Source: Styela clava
Lineage: Eukaryota
NCBI RefSeq assembly: GCF_964204865.1
Contig: NC_135263.1
Location: forward strand, 10,230,001 to 10,294,000
Direction of reading: 5' to 3'
Length of the DNA stretch: 64,000 nucleotides
Shown: positions 51,573 through 63,509 of the stretch, piece by piece
Position numbering within the stretch: the first letter of the stretch is position 1
Layout of the letters: each line of letters begins with the position of its first letter
Program-made: the position numbers and the translations under genes
Notes under the pieces: model-generated
The model's input: the letters and a program-made list of their open reading frames with translations, nothing else
Told to the model about the DNA's origin: nothing
Database searches by the model: none

Positions 51573-52932
51573 ATGGGTTTACTTCGCATTGGCACTGGAG
51601 GCGGGCTTGTGATTGCAATGATTTTCAACGTAGTTGCATTGGCAACTCCTGGTTGGATCTACACAACTTCGTTTTCCGTAGGCTTGTTCAAGAGGAAAGT
51701 TGGTGACGCAACTCTGGATGGTAAATTATCAAATTGCGATTACATACATAATGATATTGAATTTCTTTCGGATTCCGAAATGCATATTCCTAGTAAAAGT
51801 ATTGATAAAATACCTCACATCTTTTTGACAAATTGTTCAGTAGTTTTGAGTGAAAGTTACGGGTCTCATGCCGGAATCTTCGCCGATGCAGAGTGATTCA
51901 CATGACCGCAGTTCCATTGCGAATTCTTTCATCAAACACCTACATGCATACTGGAAATTCATAAATAAATTTCGAAAATCAAACTTTACTCTCAATTTAA
52001 ATCAAAATTATAATTCAGCTAGTTTTACTTTTTTGAGTTTCATATTGTTATATTTATTCCAGTGAATCGAGGAGACGCTGAAAAAGTTTGTATCGCTTTC
52101 AACGTGATGGGAGATGCGATATTGCTGTGTGGTGCTATAGCTGCTTTGATAGCTGGCCGTGAAGAAGGAAAAGAAGTTATTGGAAAAGTTGGGGCGGCAT
52201 TATCGTTGTTGCAGGTATTTTGGAATTATTATTCAGATTTATCGATTCGTGCTAATGCTACTATTTTTCTGAAAACTGATGGATATACGAGAGAATTTCT
52301 CACGACCGTACAGTGATGAAAGTCCTTTTTATACTTGTCGTTTTATCAATCAAATCCACGTATGTAGAAATCGACTGGCCACCTGCTTTATTATGCAGCG
52401 CCAAGGCGTGCAGTCAAAGGAAACGTTATACCCCTTACCACATCCCTAACATGTAAACGAAAATATCGCTCAGAGACCGAAGACTTATCGACCGAAAGTT
52501 AGGGGATCCCCAAAACAGCGCTCTTACTCCATAGTGACACCCTGTGTCCCATCACTAATTAATTAATAACTCGCTAATTATACGACATAATTCGTCCAAA
52601 ATCAATAGGCTTCTGGTCCGAGATAAGATGAATGCACACGCAAAATCTTGAGCAGATCTCGCTTTCGTGAGATATCGCGTGCATCTAACAGACATACAGA
52701 CTGACAAATACCTATCAACATACTTACTGATTAAAATCGATAAGTAATAAGCAATAACATTTTAACTCTTCTATCAGGCATCTTCATTATGATTGGAATG
52801 GCTACCTACACCGGCCTATATTCTGAAGTCGTGTCTGTTCCAAACGTCACCTGGGGATATAGCTTTGCATTTGGATGGATTTCGTTTTGTCTCGCAATTA
52901 TCGGGGGAGTTGTTGCATTTGTTGGAAAATAA
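51573..52932 (+). pseudogene. Tetraspan copy D, 1-nt deletion at the end of exon 2; exons 51573-51720, 52063-52214, 52778-52932
   Basis: Exon 2 is 152 nt against 153 nt in copies B and C (tcg-ttgttgcag vs attgttgcag in fragment E). Splicing to exon 3 gives GCA TCT TCA TTA TGA. Exon 3 is fully open in the ancestral frame. Confidence 0.75.
52456..52745 (+). mobile_element. HINE/DINE-1-like element, family 1, in intron 2 of copy D
   Basis: It is absent from the paralogous intron at ~54911-54923 (atgta|aataagc), so it inserted into an A/T run without a TSD. It has the subTIR and 3' hairpin. Confidence 0.8.
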
Positions 52933-53313
52933 GAATATTTTAAAGACAACGACCAACGTTTGTTGGTTTTGGCCATTTTGAATCATTTAAAAAATTGAGA
53001 TTGAAATAATAAAATTTTCGTTGAATTAACTGGGTATTATATACATGTCTATTACTCTTTTTGGGGAATTTCTGGAAAGACCGGGATAACATATCGCATG
53101 TGTATTAGTGTATAATATTTGCAACTTTTCATTGATTTGTATTGGAGTTTGTTGTTTAAAGTGGATTTGTGGAGGTTGCCTTCAGTGGAGGTTTAAAATC
53201 ATACTGTTATTAGTGCTTACTTATCGTTCGGACTGTTATTTACAAAGTAGTTAGTTGCCCTTCAAATAGGTTATCGTGCCAAGCAATGATAGACGGCAGA
53301 ATAAATTCCGACC

Positions 53314-53953
53314 GTTTATTTAATATTCCCTTTTAGTCAACATCTTGAACGTTCACACGTTTTATCATATACAACCATACGGGGGAAGACTTAATTTTTA
53401 TAGCATGGGTCTCATTTATCTATTCTACCTAATATTAAAATTGAGAATATTTCACTTTGTATCTCAATAACAGTTGTTATAGTGACTATATTCTTATGTG
53501 ATCAAGTACGGTAGTCTACAACAGTAATTCCCGAAGTCGGCGATAACCCCCCATCTCCCAAGTGTGGGCGGAATCGATGTAGAAGGGGGCGATTTCGCGA
53601 AGCCTGTTTTTGTTCGGCGGCTGGCGCATTGTGTTTATTTAATATTCCCTTTTAGTCAACATCTTGAACGTTCACACGTTTTATCATATACAACCATACG
53701 GGGGAAGACTTAATTTTTATAGCATGGGTCTCATTTATTTATTCTACCTAATATTAAAATTGAGAATATTTCACTTTGTATCTCAATAACAGTTGTTATA
53801 GTGACTATATTCCTATGTGATCAAGTACGGTAGTCTACAACAGTAATTCCCGAAGTCGGCGATAACCCCCCATCTCCCAAGTGTGGGCGGAATCGATGTA
53901 GAAGGGGGCGATTTCGCGAAGCCTGTTTTTGTTCGGCGGCTGGCGCATTGTGT
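53314..53953 (+). repeat. Near-perfect tandem duplication, 319-bp period
   Basis: 53314-53632 is repeated at 53633-53953 with only a few substitutions and homopolymer differences. Confidence 0.9.
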
Positions 53954-54570
53954 ATTTGATTGCTGTATTCTGCGTGTGTTTGCAGGTTTGACAGCTGTTG
54001 GCGGGAATCACATGCGAGAGGATAGCTGTATTCCTGCCCGCCGCGAGGTAGTTCTAGATAGAAAATCTTTATCAAAATTTGACAAACCAATTCACTTCGA
54101 GGTTTGGAAGTACATATGCGTGCAAACAATTATTTTCGAAAATGAACACTACAAAGAACAAGATATCTAGGATTAGTGATAGCCATTTGGAAAATGTTTC
54201 AATCTTGGCTTCATTCAGTGTGCCGCCGATGTCGAAAAGCTACCAAACTTGATGCAGCAACAAGACAGTGAGTGTCACATTAAATGTTATTTGTAATTTG
54301 TATAAGACGACTGAGTTCAGTTCACGAATTTTCAGTCTTCGCGCGCTGTTACGTTTTTAACTTTCAAATTATGTGCGGCCCGCCAAAACGTGCAACCCTT
54401 AATTTTGGCCCGCGAGCGACAAAAGGTTGCCGACCCCTGTCGTAGCCGATGGTCGATTACGGCTTCCCCCACAACCGAGTCCATGCATCTGAAACAAATA
54501 AATGGCTGATTAATTCTATGGACTGGTAACCGCAGGCCCCCATCAGGCAAGTACGCGGTGATTTTTGAGA

Positions 54571-55007
54571 ACAAAGAAATTTTTAGAAAAGTTGGCGCGG
54601 CTTTGTTAATTGTTGCAGGTATTTTATAATTTGATATGAGTGTAATTTTGTAATTCATTTTCAAATTTATTGATTCGTGCTAATGCTCCCATAGTTTTTT
54701 ATTTAAATATTTTTTTAATTTTAATTTCATAGTATTTTCTGAAAAAAATCATGAATATATATACAAGAAAAATTCTCACGACCGTACGGTGATGTAAATA
54801 CTTTTATAATTGCTGTTTTATCAATCAAATCCACGAATGTAGAAGTCGGTTGGTCATCTGTTTTATTGTACAGCGCATGCAGTTAGAGGACACGTTACCA
54901 CATCCCTAACATGTAAATAAGCGATAACATTTTGAATTTTCTACCAGACATCTTCATTATGAGTGCTACCTACACCGGCCTATATTTCGACTTCGTGTCA
55001 GGTTCAA
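54571..55007 (+). pseudogene. Tetraspan fragment E (3' part of exon 2, intron 2, 5' part of exon 3)
   Basis: aaagttggcgcggctttgttaattgttgcag|gtattt and catcttcattatgagtgctacctacaccggccta match copy D. It is truncated on both sides by transposon/SINE sequence (caggggcggatt from 55009). Confidence 0.75.
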
Positions 55008-55467
55008 CCAGGGGCGGATTAAGCCCCTTTGGTACCCTAATCACTGAAGACTTTGGTGCCCCCTCATGTGTAATTTAATTAGAAAAACAATAAACCACTT
55101 AAGTGTATTATCCATTAAAAATAATCACAACCAACAGTAAATAAAACAACTTTTACGAACATTTTTAGGTGTTTCAACTGTTATATATCATATATCGGCA
55201 AACACTCAATATCGGGCCGATATATCGGTTGAGCTCTAATCCGGAGGAAGTGTGACAATAAAGATTCATGCCTCCAGTTTCAACGTGAATCGAAATACCC
55301 AAGGATACAAGTCACAACTGTGGTTTGAAATTTTACTGGTACCTTGTTGTCTACCTCAGGGTGGTTCAAGGTTGCTAGGTTGAAGGACCGCAAAAACTTT
55401 TGAGGAGGTCTCGCGGGCCGCAGGTCGGAGAAAACCCAAAAGTGATCGAAATATCGCAAGTTCTCGA

Positions 55468-55660
55468 TAGGGTTGGTAACGTGGCATACATATACAGCCA
55501 AAAATATACATATAGCGCCAACTAAATATACATATAGCGCCAACTAAATATCCATATACAGCCAAGTTCATATCCATATACAGCCAATTAATATCCAAAT
55601 ACAGCCATTTTGGTGATGTACAAACACTGCCAAGTCATATGCATATATAGCCAAATCAAT
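55468..55660 (+). repeat. TIR-like arm with ~21-bp subterminal tandem repeats; inverted partner at 63178-63372
   Basis: It starts TAGGGTTGGTAACG and contains units such as atatacatatagcgccaacta. The reverse complement ends ..cgttaccaacccca at 63372. Confidence 0.75.
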
Positions 55661-55679
55661 ATACAAATAAAGTCATCAA

Positions 55680-55925
55680 GATAGGATTTACATATATATA
55701 TATATACCATTAGAGAGGAAAGCCGATATGACGGCTCAACCATATGGCGAACCACGGCCGCTTGTCCGGTTACCATTCCATGTCGGGTATCAGCTAGTTA
55801 TTTGTTTTCGGAAGCACGGACTTGATGGTGGTGAAAGCCGTAACCGACAACCGGTTACTTGAACCACCCTACAGCAGCAAGGAGTCAAGCAATCCTTTCG
55901 CACATAACCATCCCCGCATGGGATT
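55680..55925 (-). mobile_element. tRNA-derived SINE (5'-truncated)
   Basis: Inverted homolog of 19690-19935, with a (TA)n expansion near its 3' end. Confidence 0.7.
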
Positions 55926-56403
55926 GATAATACAAGAAATGTGATGGCTGAAAATCTTATTTGAAAGAACTATTCTTTGGCTATTGGCAATAATCTGTCC
56001 ACAAAATAATCAAATAAGCGTTTGGTGAAATATATGAAACATAAAACTACCCGTGCACGTAGTTCTTGATAAATATCCAATGGGCGCCAATCTATGATGT
56101 CATAATACCCCACAACGGCTCATCTTAGATAGCGTGAGAAATGCTCTCGCTGAAAATCATTTTTCGGTGAACTATTCTTTGGTTATTGGCAATAAACTGC
56201 ATGAAATAATCAAATTAACGTTTGGCAGAAACTATCATTGCACACTTTGCAGTTTGTTTAGGTTAAGACGAATCGTCATTGTATTTAGTGAGATGAGACT
56301 ACTACCGTTACGCGTACAGAAACTCGAAAACAACTTTGATTGAAATATGATAAATGACATGTAACAAGCGTAAAGCATGAGGAATAAAATATCATGATAT
56401 AAT

Positions 56404-56652
56404 TGTTAAACGTATTTCTGGCAACTAGCATTTTCCCAGATGGTTGAGCTTGACCTTTGATGTCATCAGTTTCAGGTGACTGATCATGACCAACCATCTG
56501 TGAAGGTGAGTTGGCCATGTGCACTCAGTAGTCTGGGGCACAGCTCAGTTGGTGTTGCTTATATCTGTACGTGTTATTTTGGTTATTGCTTGGGACATTT
56601 ATTGCTGTTTGATCAAAACATTTATTAAATATACTTTGGAGTCACTTTAACA
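56404..56652 (+). repeat. 5' LTR
   Basis: tgttaaacgt...cactttaaca; about 11 differences from the 3' LTR by manual alignment. Confidence 0.95.
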
Positions 56653-56654
56653 AA

Positions 56655-56669
56655 TGGTAGCAGAGGATG
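56655..56669 (+). promoter_or_regulatory. Primer-binding site for initiator tRNA-Met
   Basis: TGGTAGCAGAGGATG is complementary to the 3' end of animal tRNA-iMet and lies 2 nt after the 5' LTR. Confidence 0.9.
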
Positions 56670-59600
56670 TGCAATGACTTCTCAAGGATACAAGAATTCT
56701 CCTTTGTTGACGGGAGAGAAGCCATACGATCAATGGAAGAATGAGATCTCTATGTGGAGTTTAATCACAGACCTTGACAAGAAAAAGCAAGCTTTAGCAG
56801 TTACATTGAGCTTATGTGGAAAAGCTAGAGAAGTTGCTCTAGAAATAAGCTCCGATGAATTGAACAGAGATGATAAAATGCAAACATTACTTGTAAAATT
56901 AGATGGTGTCTTTGAAAGAGAGACTTCTGATAGAACTTATGAAACATACACCAAATTTGAAAATTTAGTAAGACTAGAAAATGAAAACATCAGAGATTAC
57001 TTATCAAGACTCAACATAGTGAACACAAAAATGAGAGAATTTGGCATGGAGTTACCGGACACTGTAATGGCGTGTAAACTACTCATTGCTTTAAAAGAAA
57101 AACAATTGGTTCTTGCAGCAGTGGACAAGTTAGAATATAAGTCTATGAGTTCGGCACTGAAAAGAATATTTGGTGAAAGATCTTCGTCGTCTCCTGTTGA
57201 AGTGAAACAAGAGATGGCATATTTTTCGAAAAAAGTTGGTAAATTCCGACAAGATCATGGCAGGCGAGCAGTTACAAATCCAGAGAAGGGATGAGAAAAG
57301 ATGGTTCTATCAGTCAATGTGCCATTTGTGGATCTACTTATCATTGGGTAAGGAATTGTTCTAGAAATTCAAAATATTCCAGAGCAAGATGTCAGATTTG
57401 CGATTCAAGGATGCATTCTGAAAATTCCTGTCCACATCAAGATCGAAAATTAAATCATTTTTCAGAAGGAAGCAATGGGATGTCTGTTGTTAATGACATG
57501 GATGTGTTCACCAAAGATCTATGTGGATATGCAATATTAGATTCTGGGTGTACTCGCACTGTATGTGGGAAAATTTGGCTTCTTGATTATTTACAAAGAA
57601 TTAGGGAATCTGAAATAGAAAAGATTCACACTGAAGATAGTGGAGGGGTTCTCAGGTTTGGTGATGGTCGAAAAGTCAATTCGTTGTACTCCATGGAAAT
57701 CCCGGGATACATTGGGGACACTAAAGTCACCATTTCTTGTGACGTGGTTGATGAAAATATACCATTATTATTGAGTAAAGATTCCATGAGAAGATCAAAC
57801 ACTGTGATTGACTTTGCAGACAACAGAGTGGAAATGTTTCATAAACCAGTTAAAACTCTGTGGAGAATAAGAAGTATTACTGTGTCAGCCTTTTTCCCAA
57901 TGACAATAAATCACCTACTCGAAGGATTTTTATCACTGCAAATGAAAGCAGGGATGTTTTTTCTGAAAAAGATCTTTTCTTTTAAAGTTGCATCGACAAT
58001 TTGGTCACGCTTCCTATGAGCGATCATCAAAACTTATCAATAATTCAGGAAAACTCAACCAGTTATCTTCAAATATGTTAAGAAGGTTATAGACAATTGT
58101 CAAGTTTGCAAAACTTACAAGAAAACTTCTCCAAAACCGGGTGTTGAGTTGCCACGTGCAACTGATTTCAACGAGGTTATAGCCATAGATCTTCATCAGC
58201 TTGGCCCAAATTTATGGTACATGAATACTATCGACATGTTCACCAGGTTTAGTTCTGAATCGATTATTAGTTCCAAGTCCTCATTGGTCATAGCAAGTGA
58301 ATTTTTGTCACATTGGATTAGCATATACGGACCTCCGAGGCAGGTATTCACAGACAGGAGAATTCAACAATGCAGTTTTTCGTGACATGGCTGAAAATTT
58401 CAACATAGAACTCAAGACGAGTGCAGCGGAAAGTCCACGGAGCAATGGCTTAGTCGAGAGGCATAATTCTATTCTAACTGAAATTTTGCTGAAAATTAGA
58501 GATTCTGAATCATTAGATTGGAAAACAGCATTTTCCTGGTCTCTAAATGCAAAGAATTCATTGCATAATGTTCATGGTTACAGCCCTTATCAGCTAGTAT
58601 TTGGAAGGAATCCCAATCTTCCATCTTTGCTAACAAACAAACCTCCTTCGTTGGATGGCACTTCTGTGAGTGATGTGGTTGCTTCTCATCTCAATGCCCT
58701 GTATGCTTCGAGAAAAGCCTTTCTTGAATCAGAGTGTAGTGAACGAATTCGAAGAGCTTTGCAAAAACAAATCAGGTCTCATGGCGATGAAATTTGTGAG
58801 ACCGGAGACACTGTTTATTACAAGCGAGAGAATTCAGAAAAATGGCGAGGCCCGGCAAAAGTTATTGGTGCTGATGGATGTGTGATATTCCTTAGGCATG
58901 GCGGACTGGTTATACGTGTACATAAATGCAGGCTGATGCATGATAAACAAGTTAAAGTTGAACAGGGTGATGAACAGATATCAGGTGATGAATCACAACC
59001 AAAAGTAGAAGAGATGCTTTATGATGAAGATGACGAGGAAGATTTAAAACAGACTGATCAAGGAAATGAATCTTTGGTATATAATGGTGGACCTTCGCCT
59101 TCACCTGTTGTGAAGAAAGATCCTAAACGTGGTCAAATAGTAGAATTCAAAGATGATGTAACTGGTAATAAAAAAGATGCAAAAGTACTTGGACGGGCTG
59201 GTAAGGCAACAGGAAAATACAGTAAGTAGCTGGTATAATATTGAGTATTTGCAACCTTCATCTGAAAAAGGCACAAAGTCATCCATTGATCTTGACACTG
59301 TTAAGAATCTATCTATTATGAATGATTTAACAGCTGAGGAAATACCAATTGTTGATCAAGTGATGTTGATTAACGAAGACCTCTTTCTTGAAGCAAAGAT
59401 GAAGGAACTGGACAGCTGGAAACAAAACGAAGTCTACACATAGGAAGAAAATAAAGGCCAGAAGTTGTTAAGTACAAGTTGGGTATGTTCAATAAAAAAG
59501 ACTGACGATGGACCAAAACCAAAGGCTAGACTAGTAGTTAGAGGTTTTGACGAGGATTGTCTCAATGAATTAAAAACGGATTCCCCAACATGTTCTAAAG

Positions 59601-60858
59601 AAAGTCTCAGACTTGTTTTAGCACTGCTTACACATGAGAAATGGTCGCCAAAAACTATGGATATTAAAACTGCCTTCTTACAAGGAAAATCTCCTGAGCG
59701 TGATATTTTTATCAAACCACCTGATCAGAAAATACAGAAGCGAAATGTTGTGTGTCGATTGAAGAAATGCGTATATGGGCTTACTGATGCCTCAATGTAT
59801 TGGTACGGAAGTGTTAAGGAAACTCTTCTTAAATTAGGTGCCCGTATCTCTGTAGTGGATCCTGCTTTATCCTATTATTTCGATCATGGTTTAAAAGGGG
59901 TGATCGATTTGCATGTGGACGACTTTCTGTGGTTCGGAAGAATTCGAAGGCAAATTCATCAAGAGTTTGAGAGAGCATTTCAAAGTTGGAGCGGAATATA
60001 CTGAAAGATTTAAATATTTAGGACTTGAATTGAAGACTGATAAGGAAGATATCACTCTCAGTCAGCACAAATACATTGAATCGCTGCTTCCGATTGATAT
60101 TCGTTCATTGAAAACTGAGAGTGGAAGTGAGCTGTTAATTGAAGCTGATGTCTTGAAAGTTCGATCTTTACTTGGCCAGATACTGTGGGTCTCAACCAAA
60201 CTCGGCCAGATGTATCATTTGCATCATCTACACTCACATCTGCTTTAAAGAATTGCACTGTTAAAACTGTCATAGAAGTTAACAAAATTGTCAAGCAACT
60301 GAAAGCACAAAAGATCACTTTGAAATTTCCTGCCTTCAATGACAATGAAGTTAAATTTCTTGTTTATAGCGATGCATCGTTCGGTAATTTGTGTGATGGA
60401 GGCACCCAAGGTGGTCATATTATATTCATGATTGGTGGGAACAGGAAAATATCTTTATGTTGGCAATCCAAGCGAATCAAAAGAGTTGTGAGAAGCGCAC
60501 TTTCTGCTGAAACTCACTCTTTGTCAGATGGTGTTGATACAGCAGTGTTATTAGCAGCTTTGTACTCTGAACTAACGACTGGAAGAGTTCAACCAGAAAA
60601 ATTTGGCATTGCATGTTGTACTGATAGTCAAAGCCTTTGTGATGCAATTAAGTCGACAAAAGCTGTATCAGAGAAACGTCTCAGGATGGACATTTATGGT
60701 TTAACAGAAATGGTTTCATCCCATCAAATCTCCGGCATAAAGAAACTCCCGAGTGATCAACAATTAGCAGATTGTTTGACTAAGTAAGGAGCATCTTCAA
60801 ATGAACTGTTGAATGCATTATGTTAAAACATTTATTCGAAATTGAAAATTGGGGAGAT

Positions 60859-61107
60859 TGTTAACTGTATTTCTGGCAACAAGCATTTTCCCAGATGGTT
60901 GAGCATGACCTTTGATGTCATCAGTTTCAGGTGACTGATCATGACCAACCACCTGTGAATGTGATTTGGCCATGTGCACTCAGTAGTCTGGGGCACAGCT
61001 CAGTTGGTGTTGCTTATATCTGTACGTGTTACTTTGGTTATTGCTTGGGACATTTATTGCTGTTTGATTAAAACATTTATTATATAAACTTTGGAGTCAC
61101 TTTAACA
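60859..61107 (+). repeat. 3' LTR preceded by a polypurine tract
   Basis: PPT gaaaattggggaga at ~60844-60857; tgttaactgt...cactttaaca followed by the TSD ataat. Confidence 0.95.
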
Positions 61108-61371
61108 ATAATCACCATTCAACATAAGACATAAAACTGCCGGTGAGTATTCAACTGCCGTCGAGTAGTTTTTGAGAAATATCCAATAGGCCCCAACTAA
61201 GCTCTTCAGAAATATCCAATAGGCGCCGATCTATGATGTCATAATACCCCACAACGGCTCTTCTTGGTCTTGGATAGCGTGGGAAATGTGCTCGCTGAAA
61301 ACCTTTTCTCGGTGATATTTTCACATGTAATGAAAATACCTTTCTCGAAATCAAGTTGCAAGTACAAGCTA

Positions 61372-61741
61372 CCGTGTTTTCCCGAAAATAAGACCTAGTC
61401 TGAATTTTAAAAATGATTTTAATATAAGCCCTCCCCCTAAAATAAGACCTAGTCAATAACGCGAATTTTTTTTTATTTAGTCGATAGCAAAAAATTTTTC
61501 TTACACGTTTTAAATGACTGATAATATATGTTTTCCAGCTATTTTGAATAAAAACGTGCTATTTATAAGTAAAGAAATATCTGTATTCATATTCTGTATA
61601 TTTGAAAACCTCGTAATTCTCTACTTTGTAATTTTGTTTTTGATAAATAAAAATATGAGACATCCCCCGAAAATAAACTCCAGTGTTATTTTTCGGAAGA
61701 AAATTGAAATACGACCCAGTCTTATTTTCGGGGAAACACGG
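61372..61741. mobile_element. Tc1/mariner-pogo-type MITE
   Basis: TIRs CCGTGTTTTCCCGAAAATAAGAC / GTCTTATTTTCGGGGAAACACGG, flanked by TA. Confidence 0.85.
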
Positions 61742-61855
61742 TAACAATTAAATTGTAATTATAAAAAATTATACAATCTTGCCGTCATTTGTTTCGTAGA
61801 ATATAATGTTGTGCCATTTTAATGTTCTAAAATATTATCTCTTATTTCTTTACAA

Positions 61856-62297
61856 CAGGAGTTTTTGAATGGTGCGACACGGCGCACTGACGAGTCATTT
61901 TAATTTTGCGTCGCACAAATATTTAATTGGCAAGTCATACTCTACTGACTGTAGATATGCATATTTGAATTAACTATTACATGCCTGTAGTAAATAATTA
62001 CTGATAAAATCAAACTACAATGTTACTTTCTGAGTTCACTGTAAGATTAGTTCAATTTAGTTAATCCGAAAATTTTGCGAATTTTCTTGAAAAACGAATA
62101 TTCAGCTTGTACTAAAAACGATACAAACGGTTTATCGAAGAGCTATATTATACCACTGCTAAGTCCTCACGTCTCATAAAGCTAACCAAACTTGATTTTT
62201 AGTGTTTCTATCATTTCGTTTCCAAATATTTTCTCAAGTGCGTCGCATGTGAGGAGAGTTACAAAGGCGTCTTATTACAAAGATTTAAGAACCACTG
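61856..62297. mobile_element. hAT-type MITE
   Basis: Ends CAGGAGTTTTTGAA / TTTAAGAACCACTG and an 8-bp TSD ctttacaa/ctttacga (7/8). Confidence 0.7.
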
Positions 62298-63177
62298 CTT
62301 TACGACATCTAAATCACTATGCTTTTTATTTTCCAGGATTGTTGTATATATAACCTATTTCAGCATTACTACCGTTTCATTCTCATGTCAATGGCATTTC
62401 CATATTTTTCTGGCCTTTGCATATAATAAATGACATTTTCAGTTGAATCGTTTTTTTTTAACAAACTGACAGCTTAACATTAATTTTTTAATTTAATTTC
62501 TTTCTTAACCACATGCACCGGCAACTTTATAACTTATTATATTGCAAAATGTGAAGGCCTACCGCTGAATGATTGAATGATGTTCATATCATGGAATGAT
62601 GTTTATATCATTATTATATCTACTTTGCCCTAGTTGTAAGTCATTTTTTATATTTCGATCAATAGCCGTTATATAGTTTCTGTAATCGTAATCACACTAA
62701 TCCAATGCGTCAACGAGTATGGTCTCATTCTATAAACATGTAATGTGAGTAATGATAGTTTGCACCAAACTTTAATTTGATTAGTTTGTTGACAAAATAA
62801 CCAAAGAAAACCAAATATAAAAATAAACGAATAACCAAAAGAGATTTTCAATGTCCTCGTTGGCAGCGACACATTTTGCATGTTATCACAATCAGCTGTT
62901 GTGGGGCTTTATCTTATGGCATCATGGACTGCAACCTATTGTGTGTATTCATGCACCACGAGAGGCTGACATTGTACGCTTTGAACAAATAACATGTAGA
63001 GACTTACTTGTCACTAGAGACTAAATGATGCTAATATCACAATATTTTATACCATATATTTTACACTTATTGTAAGTAACTTCATCAAAAGCCGTTTTGG
63101 AGTTTCTGAGAGTTATTTTGAAACCCCTGACTCTAACACACTTATAATATCATGATATGTATATATATATATATATC

Positions 63178-63372
63178 TAATTGGCTGTACTGTACATGCA
63201 TATGAATTGGCAGTATTTGTACATCACCAAAATGGCTGTATTTGAATATTAATTGGCTGTATATTGATATGACTTTGGCTATATATGGATATTTAGTTGG
63301 CGCTATATGTATATTTGGTTGGCGCTATATGTATATTTTTGGCTGTATATATACATCACGTTACCAACCCCA
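63178..63372 (-). repeat. Inverted partner of the 55468-55660 arm
   Basis: ttggcgctatatgtatat units; ends gttaccaacccca. Confidence 0.75.
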
Positions 63373-63509
63373 CTCAGTTTACTTACTTTAAATTTAATGA
63401 ACAACGAGAGTTTACCGTTCTAATCAGACTATTATTAGGTTGCATGGGTGGCGTTCCTTTATAGAAGATTTATATATATAAAGCCTTCAGTTATTTCAAA
63501 GTTAATTCC

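Larger units (their letters stand above)
56404..61107 (+). mobile_element. Full-length but frameshifted Ty1/copia LTR retrotransposon, GalEa-like
   Basis: 249-bp TG..CA LTRs and a 5-bp TSD ATAAT on both sides. Domain order is gag (two CX2CX4HX4C), protease ILDSGCT, integrase (IAIDL..SNGLVERHN), RT (MDIKTAFLQG, LHVDDF) and RNase H (YSDASF, EKRLR, ADCLTK). Many stops and frameshifts. Confidence 0.95.

Noticed and set aside
55480-55660. Regularly spaced ~21-bp repeats resembling a CRISPR array
   Set aside because: There are no unique spacers and no cas genes, the context is eukaryotic, and the array has an inverted partner, so these are transposon subterminal repeats.
62860-63000. Short Cys/His-containing reading frame (HFACYHNQLLWGFILWHHGLQPIVCIHAP)
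   Set aside because: No splice context or recognisable domain; insufficient support.
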